Below, one piece after another: positions 1 to 8,922 of a DNA stretch of 64,000 bases (position 1 is the first letter of the stretch; every line of letters begins with the position of its first letter). A program made the position numbers and the translations under genes. Under the pieces are notes generated by a model. The model saw only the letters and a list, made by a program, of their open reading frames with translations. It was not told the origin of the DNA and ran no database searches. Origin of the DNA: a bacterium (GTDB taxonomy: Bacteria > Planctomycetota > Planctomycetia > Planctomycetales > Planctomycetaceae); contig WGMU01000100.1 of NCBI GenBank assembly GCA_016124895.1, positions 1 to 64,000 on the forward strand, in the 5' to 3' direction.

Positions 1-122
1 AATTGTTTAACGCCCAGCCGCAGGCGCCGGCTCCCCGACCGCCCTCGTCACAGGTAGCCGGCGCCTGCGGCTGGGCGTTAAACGAGTCTCACGATACGGC
101 AACCTGCACTCGAAAATTGCCC

Positions 123-1076
123 TCAATCCGCGACCACGCAGATCGCGGTTACCCGATCGTGAACGATGACCGGCCAGGCGAGTCCCCACGACAGCACACC
201 CGTCGACAGCGCACCTCCCAGGACCGGATCGTCGGACTCGACGTCCGTCACGACGGCTGGCTTTCTGGTATCGAGGACGCGGCCGATGAGTCCCTCTCCC
301 GGAACGCTGCGAAGCTGACTGCTGCGACCGGCGAGGTCCGCCAGGCTCGGAGCAACGACTTCGGACAGCTCGAACACGCCCTCAGTCTCGGACGGGACCC
401 AGATCTGCAGAGCCCGCGCGATCGGCGACGCGTTCGACGAGAGCATCACAAAGACCGCGTTGAGATGATCGGCGCCACTGACAACAGGAACTGCCAGGCC
501 GGAATCGAGTCCGTCGGCGACGGCTCCTGATGCCCGTAGAAAGTGACTTGATTCGCCCAGACGATCGATGAGTTGCGGCGTCAGCGTCTGCCACACTTCG
601 CCAGGCAGGCCAGCTCCGTATGGAAACCTCAGGTACTGGCTCAGCCGTCGGAAGCGATCAAGGTCAGAGTAGTAGCCGGTGCCCAGTTCCAGTTCGTGCC
701 GAGTTGTATTCGGGAGCCAGGACTCAAAAGCCCCGCGTGCCAGCTCGTCGGCATCGAACAGAAAAATCATAACTGCGGTCAGTTCGTCGCCGTCAAAGAC
801 CGGCAGGCCAAAGCCAGCGCCCAGATTTGATTCCGTTGCCGCACCGCTGCGCACAAAATCAGCCGAACTGAGATCGTCGAACAGAACCGGCACGCGCGCT
901 TCACTGACCCAGCCCGGCAGTCCGGTGCCAGAGGCCAGACGCAACGACTGCGTGGCCACGCCAAACGCGTCAACGTCGGCATACATCGCCGAGTCAACGA
1001 CGAGCGTACCATCAGCGGACGGCGTCCAGACTTCGACAACTTTCAACAGGCTTGAGGCGATAATTGTGTCTCCCAT
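123..1076 (-). CDS. Tandem GAF-domain protein (two GAF-like halves, no recognisable output domain); last gene of the nrt-like operon. The track ORF's Arg-rich N-terminal extension is probably not translated, so the start was moved to the internal ATG 1074-1076.
   Basis: ORF 123..1271 minus. From MGDTIIASSLLKVVEVW onward it has GAF-like alpha/beta character and is collinear with, and 56 bp downstream of, the ABC ATPase gene. ATG start codon confirmed on the minus strand at 1074-1076. Confidence 0.5.
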   Translation of the reverse strand: MGDTIIASSLLKVVEVWTPSADGTLVVDSAMYADVDAFGVATQSLRLASGTGLPGWVSEARVPVLFDDLSSADFVRSGAATESNLGAGFGLPVFDGDELTAVMIFLFDADELARGAFESWLPNTTRHELELGTGYYSDLDRFRRLSQYLRFPYGAGLPGEVWQTLTPQLIDRLGESSHFLRASGAVADGLDSGLAVPVVSGADHLNAVFVMLSSNASPIARALQIWVPSETEGVFELSEVVAPSLADLAGRSSQLRSVPGEGLIGRVLDTRKPAVVTDVESDDPVLGGALSTGVLSWGLAWPVIVHDRVTAICVVAD

Positions 1077-1132
1077 CGTTCCACTCGTTCTCTGCGGAAT
1101 GTTTTCGCATTGGGCATTGTTCGCAAGGACAT

Positions 1133-2083
1133 TCAGTGTGCAGCGTCCGCAGTGACCAGTTCTTCTTCGACCTCGGCTGCTGCGTCGGTTGTGACTGGTT
1201 CGTGAGCAGTCACGGCCACCTCTGGTTCCGCGGGCCGGCGATCCTGACCTTCGAGGAAGCTCAGCAGGCAACCTCGCAGGTCGTAATAGTCGGGATGTTC
1301 GAGGACAGCGTGCCGCTCGCGGGGCCGTTCAAACGGAAGCTGCAGCACCTGCCCGACGCGTGCTCCTGGCCCGTTGGTCATCATGCAGACGCGATCCGAC
1401 ATGTAGATCGCTTCATCGACGTCGTGCGTGATGACCATCGTGGTGATCTTCTCACGGTTCAGGATGTCGAGGATGACGTCCTGCAGTTCCATCCGCGTCA
1501 GCGAATCCAGCCGACCGAACGGCTCGTCCAGCAGCAGCATCCGCGGCTTGAGCGCAATCGCCCGGGCGATGCCGACGCGCTGCTGCATCCCGCCGGAGAG
1601 TTCCTTCGGGTAACGGTGCATGGCGTCCGCGAGACCGACGACGCTGAGGTAGTACTCGCAGAGTTGTTTACGATCCTGTTTCGATGCTTGCGGATAAACG
1701 CGGTCGACGCCGATCTTCACGTTCTGAAACGCGGTCATCCACGGCAGCAGACACGGAGCCTGAAACACGACCGCTCGATCCGGACCAGGTCCGACGATCT
1801 CACGGCCTCCGACCACAATTCCGCCCGAAGAAATATCGTTGAGCCCGGCGACCATCGTCAGGACAGTCGACTTGCCGCAACCCGAGTGTCCGATGACGCT
1901 GACGACCTCACCCTTACTGACAATCAGGTTGAAGCCCTTCACGACAGCAATGTCTTCGCCATACGGATTCGGGTACGCCTTCGTCACTTCGTAAAACTCG
2001 ACAAACCGACGCTCTGCGAGTGCCATCCCATCAGTCTTGGCCTCGGCTGCCGGTGTCAGGTTTTCAGTGATCGGTTGAATCAT
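1133..2083 (-). CDS. ABC transporter ATP-binding protein, nitrate/sulfonate/bicarbonate (NrtD/CmpD/TauB-like) type
   Basis: Walker [13 protein letters not shown] signature LSGGMQQR, Walker [13 protein letters not shown]-loop ITHD. 316 aa. Position 4 in an A-B-C-D gene order. Confidence 0.85.
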   Translation of the reverse strand: MIQPITENLTPAAEAKTDGMALAERRFVEFYEVTKAYPNPYGEDIAVVKGFNLIVSKGEVVSVIGHSGCGKSTVLTMVAGLNDISSGGIVVGGREIVGPGPDRAVVFQAPCLLPWMTAFQNVKIGVDRVYPQASKQDRKQLCEYYLSVVGLADAMHRYPKELSGGMQQRVGIARAIALKPRMLLLDEPFGRLDSLTRMELQDVILDILNREKITTMVITHDVDEAIYMSDRVCMMTNGPGARVGQVLQLPFERPRERHAVLEHPDYYDLRGCLLSFLEGQDRRPAEPEVAVTAHEPVTTDAAAEVEEELVTADAAH

Positions 2084-2120
2084 CGGTTTCCCTTGTGATC
2101 CGACTGTCGTCGATCAAAAG

Positions 2121-2294
2121 CTGTAGTCCGGTTTCTCCGAAACTGGATCAACCGCTGCGGGGAGGTTGATTGCCGAAGGATGCCGTAACGCAGCGTGCGG
2201 CCTCGACCCTGTCATTTGTCCTGGGGTTTGTCTTCGTTGAGCATGGTTTGTGATTTCGGTGATTTGTCTGCGTTGTTCCAGGTTTTGGAAAAAC
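2121..2294. repeat. Intra-operon spacer element with terminal inverted hairpin motifs. Left: CTGTAGTCCGGTTTCTCCGAAACTGG (2121-2146). Right: CCAGGTTTTGGAAAAACCTGGCTACGG (2268-2294).
   Basis: Each terminal motif is itself a hairpin: CCGGTTTC/GAAACTGG and CCAGGTTTT/AAAACCTGG. The right end, reverse-complemented, resembles the left end (GTAG + stem + TCC loop + stem). The same architecture recurs at 4873-5036. Confidence 0.6.
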
Positions 2295-2320
2295 CTGGCT
2301 ACGGTTGGCCGTGACCGGCA

Positions 2321-3205
2321 TCACGACGCCATTCGGCCTGACGGTGTTGTCAGGTCAATCGGCTGGATATCCGGAAGCTCGATTGCATCGGCGACACGCA
2401 GTTCCTTCGCCTCGCGGTTGATGTCGAGCATGTATTCCGTGACCTCGTTCCGCAGATGCTTGAAGTCGGGGTTGAAGTTCAGCGTCGTCCGATCTCGAGG
2501 TCGTTCGAGCGTCACTTCGAAGCTCTGTCCGAGCGTCGCATTCGGTCCCGGCGTCAGTGGTACGATGCGATCAGCCATGAGCACGGCTTCGTCAACGTCG
2601 TTCGTGATCATCACGACCGTGCGGCGATCCTCTTCCCAGATGCGAGTGATTTCGTCCTGCAACTGTGATCGGGTCAGAGCATCCAGCGCGCTCAGCGGTT
2701 CATCGAGCAGCAGCACTTCCGGCTGCATTGACAGCGTCCGGGCCAGCGACAGCCGCTGCCGCATTCCGCCCGAGAGTTCATGTGGCTTTTTCCACTCGGC
2801 ACCGGTCAGGTTGACCATGTCGATGTACCGCTGGATGTACTGCTTCCGCTCGGCGGTTTTCATCTCGGGGAAGACCTGCTTCACCGCCAGCTCGATATTG
2901 CCGTACACACTGAGCCACGGCAGCAGCGAGTAATTCTGAAACATGATGCCGCGGTCCGGCCCCGGCTCGGTCTGTACCTTGCCGTGAATGCGGACCTCGC
3001 CGGAATCCGGCAGCAGCAGCCCGGCCAGCAGTGCGATCAGCGTGCTCTTGCCACTGCCTGAAAAGCCAATGACAGCTACAAATTCATTTTCTTCAACTTC
3101 CAGACAGACGTCTGTCAGAACTTCCGTGCGATCGCCGTCCGGACCAAATCCGAGGGACACATTGTCGAGTTCAATGAAGGCCACAGTGGGCTCCTTCCTG
3201 TTCAA
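2321..3205 (-). CDS. ABC transporter ATP-binding protein (NrtC/CmpC-like ATPase, no C-terminal NrtA-like extension)
   Basis: Walker [10 protein letters not shown], signature LSGGMRQR, Walker [13 protein letters not shown]-loop ITND. 294 aa. Confidence 0.85.
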   Translation of the reverse strand: MNRKEPTVAFIELDNVSLGFGPDGDRTEVLTDVCLEVEENEFVAVIGFSGSGKSTLIALLAGLLLPDSGEVRIHGKVQTEPGPDRGIMFQNYSLLPWLSVYGNIELAVKQVFPEMKTAERKQYIQRYIDMVNLTGAEWKKPHELSGGMRQRLSLARTLSMQPEVLLLDEPLSALDALTRSQLQDEITRIWEEDRRTVVMITNDVDEAVLMADRIVPLTPGPNATLGQSFEVTLERPRDRTTLNFNPDFKHLRNEVTEYMLDINREAKELRVADAIELPDIQPIDLTTPSGRMAS

Positions 3206-3224
3206 TCAAGTTCTCGATTACGTG

Positions 3225-4829
3225 CTAAATCGCGGCTGCGGCGTCGTCGAAGCTCACCAATCGCTGGAACACAATCATGATGCGATCGAGCACCAGGCCG
3301 ATCAGGCCGACGACAAACACAACGACCATCATCTTGGCGAACGAATCGGATGCTCCGTTGTTGAACTGATCCCAGACGAACTTGCCGATCCCTTCTGAAG
3401 AACTCAGCAGTTCGGCTGCGATGAGCACCATCCAGCCAACGCCGAGCGAAATCCGCAGGCCGGCGAAGATCAGAGGCAGCGACGACGGGATGACGATCTT
3501 GAACAGCCGGTCTTTGAAGCCAAGCCGCAGGACTCGCGCGACGTTCAGGTGATCCTTGTCGATCGACGCAACGCCCAGTGCGGTGTTCGTCATTGTGGCC
3601 CACAGAGAGCACAGCGCGACGGTAATCGCCGACGCAATGAACGCCGGATTGATCTTCATCCAGCCAAGCAGCGGCAGGTTTGCCAGAAAATCGATCAGCC
3701 AGTGCTTGTCCGGGTCGGGAATAAAGCCGCCGACGATGATCAGCGCGATCGGCAGCCAGACGATCGGCGAGACCGGCTTAAACAGTGCGATGAACGGCGT
3801 CATGGCCGCCATGAATGTCTTGCTCAGTCCGCACAGAACGCCGATCGGAATGGCGATTGCCGAGCCGATCAGAAAACCGGCAAACACGCACGCCAGGCTG
3901 CGGTAGATCTGCATTGGCAGCGTCCAGGGCTTCGCGTACGTCGATTCCGACGTCTTCTGAATCCGCGCTTCCTGCCGCACGATCCGCTGTGCCAGCATGA
4001 ATGCGGCGTCGCCTTCCGCCGACAGAAACGTGACCTGATCAGCGCGGAGTTGAGCCATCTGCTCGTCGAGCTTGAGCGTCCGGTTGCCGTGTCCGAGCTG
4101 CTCGGACAGCTTGCCGAGATACTGTCGTTCTTCCGCAATCCGCGTCTGAGCCTTCAGTGCGTTGACCAGTTGCGGGAACTTCTCGGCACGAATGGCCGTT
4201 TCTTCGGCTTTGAGTTCCTTCAATTGCTCGCGTTCGGCTTCCGTCTTTGCCGCATGATCGCGCACCCGCTGCAGGTAAGCTTCCCTGGCAGCTCGATCGG
4301 CCGACGCCAGCAGCCCAGCATCCCGCTTCAGGGCCGCCTCACGCTCGGTCTGCGCGGCAGAGAATTCGGCGTCGAGCTTCTCGTACTGCGTGAGAATCGG
4401 ACCGACGAGTTCCTCAACACTGGTCGTACGAGCGGCGTTAGCTTCTTTGACGTGCTGGTTGGCAAGTGTCTCCAGTGGTTCGAGCTGACTCAGCCGTTTC
4501 TCGACGATGGCCAGCTTCTGTTCGCGGGTCTTTCCACTGAGCCCGTAAGCGTCTTCCTTGTCAGCCTCACGATCATGGAACCGCCAGATACTGCTCGCCG
4601 CATCCCAGACGACCAGTGGCGTTGGGACCTCCCCGGACTTCGTCTTGTGTCGCGGAGCAATCGCACCCCACAGGCCGACGAAAACCGCAAAGGCGATCAG
4701 CGGGACGACGATGAACCGTCCGATTTCCTGAAGCTGCTTCTTCGGCTCCTCACCGTAGCACAGCCGGACGACCGGAGTGAGAAAGGTCAGACCGGCAACA
4801 TCGATCGCTTTAATGAGTTTGTATTTCAT
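3225..4829 (-). CDS. ABC permease of the NrtB/CmpB/TauC family carrying a ~250-residue charged coiled-coil insertion between an N-terminal TM helix and the canonical permease core
   Basis: 534 aa. The C-terminal ~260 aa (from [35 protein letters not shown]) is a typical binding-protein-dependent permease core with the EAA-like region [12 protein letters not shown]. Residues ~70-310 are E/K/R/A/Q-rich heptad-like sequence ([43 protein letters not shown]...). Separated from the next gene by only 19 bp. Confidence 0.8.
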   Translation of the reverse strand: MKYKLIKAIDVAGLTFLTPVVRLCYGEEPKKQLQEIGRFIVVPLIAFAVFVGLWGAIAPRHKTKSGEVPTPLVVWDAASSIWRFHDREADKEDAYGLSGKTREQKLAIVEKRLSQLEPLETLANQHVKEANAARTTSVEELVGPILTQYEKLDAEFSAAQTEREAALKRDAGLLASADRAAREAYLQRVRDHAAKTEAEREQLKELKAEETAIRAEKFPQLVNALKAQTRIAEERQYLGKLSEQLGHGNRTLKLDEQMAQLRADQVTFLSAEGDAAFMLAQRIVRQEARIQKTSESTYAKPWTLPMQIYRSLACVFAGFLIGSAIAIPIGVLCGLSKTFMAAMTPFIALFKPVSPIVWLPIALIIVGGFIPDPDKHWLIDFLANLPLLGWMKINPAFIASAITVALCSLWATMTNTALGVASIDKDHLNVARVLRLGFKDRLFKIVIPSSLPLIFAGLRISLGVGWMVLIAAELLSSSEGIGKFVWDQFNNGASDSFAKMMVVVFVVGLIGLVLDRIMIVFQRLVSFDDAAAAI

Positions 4830-4872
4830 GGTTTGGTTTGAGTTACCTAAAGCCGTTTTTTGAGCCCGGACA

Positions 4873-5036
4873 GTTGTAGGCCAGTTTCTCTGAAACTGGC
4901 ACCCACACAGGAATCGCCTGCTGAGGCGTACTTGTCATCAAGTTCAAATGGCTCGTCTGGGTTCTGCGTGGAAAGCGAGGCCGGGAATTTCAATTGCCTC
5001 TGCGCATGAGCAGGTTTTGGAAAAACCTGCCTACAG
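4873..5036. repeat. Second copy of the intra-operon spacer element. Left: TTGTAGGCCAGTTTCTCTGAAACTGG (4873-4898). Right: GCAGGTTTTGGAAAAACCTGCCTACAG (5010-5036).
   Basis: Same two terminal hairpin motifs as 2121-2294, in the same relative orientation and spacing (~110-120 bp between them). Sits between the nrtA-like stop (5048) and the permease start (4829). Confidence 0.6.
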
Positions 5037-5047
5037 TTAGCCTCCCC

Positions 5048-6553
<1,506 letters not shown>

Positions 6554-6900
6554 GGCAACAGACTGCTCCGAAATTATTCGATGGAAACTCCACTCAGGTC
6601 GTCCTGCGCTGACGGACCAGAGTGGTTCGGAGCGAAAAGCAAGCAATGTGCCGACGTGGTGATTCACGTAGCAAAACCGAAGTGCAGTCGGCAGACCACG
6701 TGCGTTTTCCCTGCTGGACTGTGGGCAACCACGTGGAACATCGGTCGCAGCGAATCTATCCGTGCTGCGAATGCAGGCAGCGAAGAGCCAATCGGCAGGC
6801 AGGCCGATTGAAAGCGACTCTTCGCGCAGAGAAACGCGGACCGGATCACGGAGCAGTCGCCGAAAATGGCTTACGTGTTCGGATTCGTAAGTCGACGTGA

Positions 6901-6984
6901 CGGAGGTCGGGAGTCTTTTTCAGTCAGACCACCTTCGCAATGGTTTCCGCTCGCTCCGAAAAAGACTCCCGACCCTTGCCGGCC
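6901..6984. repeat. MITE-like element, copy A: 15-bp perfect terminal inverted repeats GTCGGGAGTCTTTTT ... AAAAAGACTCCCGAC (6906-6920 / 6959-6973)
   Basis: Direct reading of the sequence. ~85% identical over ~84 bp to a second copy at 9763-9846. Lies in the intergenic region between the globin stop and the nrtA-like upstream region. Confidence 0.7.
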
Positions 6985-7026
6985 TTCGGTCTTCCCTCTT
7001 GCTGGTCTGTAAAAGAGGAACGCGAA

Positions 7027-7449
7027 TCAGGCCGCAGCGAGTTCTGCGGCTGCTTCTCTCATCGTCGTCGATAGAATCGTGTAGACAGTCACCCAGGCAT
7101 CTTTGACTTCAGGAGTAAACGCGTCTCCGAGCCCCTGCTCCAGCGTCCACAGCAAGGCTGCGCCGACGGTCTGGTACTGCGAGTCCTCGACGTTGTAGGC
7201 GACGTGTCGCTGTCCGAGGGCTTTGACCGCGGGCACAATTTCGCCCACATCGGTCAGGCCGTTGACGGCGAAGGCAAGCGTCTGCATCAGCTTCTTTTTC
7301 TGCTCGGCCATTTCGTCGGGAAAGAGCGCCCGCAGCGACGGATCGAGTTCAAACAGGCGGCCATAAAACAGATCGGCAGCCTGATCGGCGATGGGAGCAA
7401 CAGCGGCCCACGATGCCTGAACGAGAGAGACTTGCGTCGGAGTGACCAT
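7027..7449 (-). CDS. Single-domain bacterial haemoglobin (globin domain resembling the Vitreoscilla Hb / flavohaemoglobin N-terminal domain)
   Basis: 140 aa. LVQASWAAVAPIADQAADLFYGRLFELDPSLRALF matches the globin A-B-C helix signature (..W..V......FY.RLFE.DP.L..LF). The proximal His context QRHVAYNV is consistent with the F-helix. Confidence 0.75.
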   Translation of the reverse strand: MVTPTQVSLVQASWAAVAPIADQAADLFYGRLFELDPSLRALFPDEMAEQKKKLMQTLAFAVNGLTDVGEIVPAVKALGQRHVAYNVEDSQYQTVGAALLWTLEQGLGDAFTPEVKDAWVTVYTILSTTMREAAAELAAA

Positions 7450-7554
7450 GAGAGAGTTCCTGTGACTAAAGGTTCCGGTTGACGAGGTTGGGTTCGTTGT
7501 TGAGCCTGCCCCACGGCTTTCGGCGCTGAGCGGGCTGAGCTGCTCAGGATCCGG

Positions 7555-8118
7555 TTACGAGTCCGACGAGCGGATCAGTCGCAGGTCGCACTCACGAATG
7601 ACGTACTTCCATTCCTCCGTCCGCCGCAGTTCACCAACCAACTGGTCAAAGGCCGCGGCATCGGAGGGTGCAAATTCAAACCATGTCAGAAAATCGAACG
7701 CTCCGCCGAGATCCCGCGAATGGTGCAGCCGTCGCGCCACCGCCGGCAGATAGTTGAGTCCCGTCGCAATGTGTCGCGATTGGGTTTCCAGAATGGCGCG
7801 GCGTTCGTCCTGCGTAAGGCCCCACCACTCCGGCGATTTCGACAGAGCAATGAAGGCGGCACACGACGCTTCGGCTCGGCCGAGCGGCGGCTGCACAGCC
7901 ATCAGAGCTGCCTTTTCACTGCGTGTCACGTATCGCTCGTTGCTGACGACTCCTCTGAGGCACCACGTTACAGCGGCCAGCTCCGGCACAAACGGTTGAG
8001 CAGAGGACACGATGTCCAGACGGTCGACCGCCGGCAGTCCGTCGCCTGCAACGTCCGTCTTTGTCGTGACCTTCCACGGTCCGGCCGAGCCACCCACAAA
8101 CGTGAAGAATCGATCCAT
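7555..8118 (-). CDS. Short (lineage II, Nitrobacter NwCld-like) chlorite dismutase family haem protein
   Basis: 187 aa. Near-collinear motif agreement with short Clds: LRGVVSNERYVTRSEKAAL, WWGLTQDERRAILE, the proximal-His context SRHIATGLNYLPAVARRLHHSRDLGGAFDFLTWFEFAP, and TEEWKYVIRECDLRL. The Arg of AVARRLHH aligns with the distal catalytic Arg. No signal peptide. Confidence 0.75.
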   Translation of the reverse strand: MDRFFTFVGGSAGPWKVTTKTDVAGDGLPAVDRLDIVSSAQPFVPELAAVTWCLRGVVSNERYVTRSEKAALMAVQPPLGRAEASCAAFIALSKSPEWWGLTQDERRAILETQSRHIATGLNYLPAVARRLHHSRDLGGAFDFLTWFEFAPSDAAAFDQLVGELRRTEEWKYVIRECDLRLIRSSDS

Positions 8119-8219
8119 TGCAGGTTCCGTGTTCCGACATCGACCATTGATTCAGGTCGTTCAACCAGTCGAGTCGTCGTGAAAAACGCCTGTGTGATCA
8201 CGCGGCGTTGCCAGACATA

Positions 8220-8846
8220 TCAATCGAGCGGAATGCGGACGACGACGCCTCCCATGACGTCACCTGCCTTGAATTCGGGATAGCTCACTTCGCGGTTGGC
8301 GTGACCGTTATGGCAGGACCAGCAGGCTTCGGCGACGGCCTTGTCGGCATAGACCGCGGTGAAGTAATTCGCTCCGGCGATCTCTTCCGTCTTGTAGAAG
8401 TTCTCATCCGGATGCTCGGCGATATATTCGAGGCCTTCGATCTCGACGCCTTCCGCTTTGTTCTGTGGATTCAATGGCCACTTCGATTTGAGGGCGTACG
8501 TGAAACCGGCTTCGGGGTTGTCGTTGACCAGTTCGGCTCCCATGCGAAACATCTGAGCGGGCAACGGAATCGTGTGCTCTTCGTCCTGCCAGTATTCACT
8601 GGGTTTGACCGGGGCTTCCTGCTTCTTAAGACGTGTCACGACCTGTTTCGCGTAGACCGTTCGGTCGGCCATCATCACCGCGTGAACGGCGTCAGCGAAT
8701 TTCTGCGGCGTGATGCCGGTTGGCGGAGTCGTCTGAGCAACGGCGTCAGACGAGCTGCCGCCACCGCATCCGGTGGCTCCAGCCAGCATCACCGCGCTGC
8801 CACTCAGCAGAACGGCAGACAGGAATGTGCGCGTGTGTGGTTTCAT
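8220..8846 (-). CDS. Lipoprotein monohaem c-type cytochrome with the haem motif near the C-terminus, possibly cytochrome c'/P460-like
   Basis: Lipobox LAGATGC. A single CXXCH (CWSCH) lies at ~residue 175 of 208. The C-terminal placement of the motif resembles the cytochrome c' / c'-beta / P460 families; that assignment is inference only. Confidence 0.55.
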   Translation of the reverse strand: MKPHTRTFLSAVLLSGSAVMLAGATGCGGGSSSDAVAQTTPPTGITPQKFADAVHAVMMADRTVYAKQVVTRLKKQEAPVKPSEYWQDEEHTIPLPAQMFRMGAELVNDNPEAGFTYALKSKWPLNPQNKAEGVEIEGLEYIAEHPDENFYKTEEIAGANYFTAVYADKAVAEACWSCHNGHANREVSYPEFKAGDVMGGVVVRIPLD

Positions 8847-8922
8847 TTTTCAAAGCTCCAGATGGACAGGCGGGATGCCTGAAAACAAACAATCGAGCGC
8901 GTTGCGTGATGACGCTATCAAG

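Noticed and set aside
3-530. 175-aa plus-strand ORF at the window start
   Set aside because: It lies entirely antisense to the GAF-domain gene, is Arg/Pro-rich, and has high-GC shadow-ORF character.
1064-2098. 344-aa plus-strand ORF
   Set aside because: Antisense to the well-supported ABC ATPase gene (Walker motifs on the minus strand); shadow ORF.
3549-4841. 430-aa plus-strand ORF
   Set aside because: Antisense to the permease gene. Low-complexity Arg/Gln-rich translation.
6554-6900. Possible NtcA/FNR/NsrR-type operator upstream of the nrtA-like gene (CCACGTGG and CACGTG palindromes)
   Set aside because: No match to a known GTA-N8-TAC or TTGAT-N4-ATCAA consensus, so no support for a specific regulator site.
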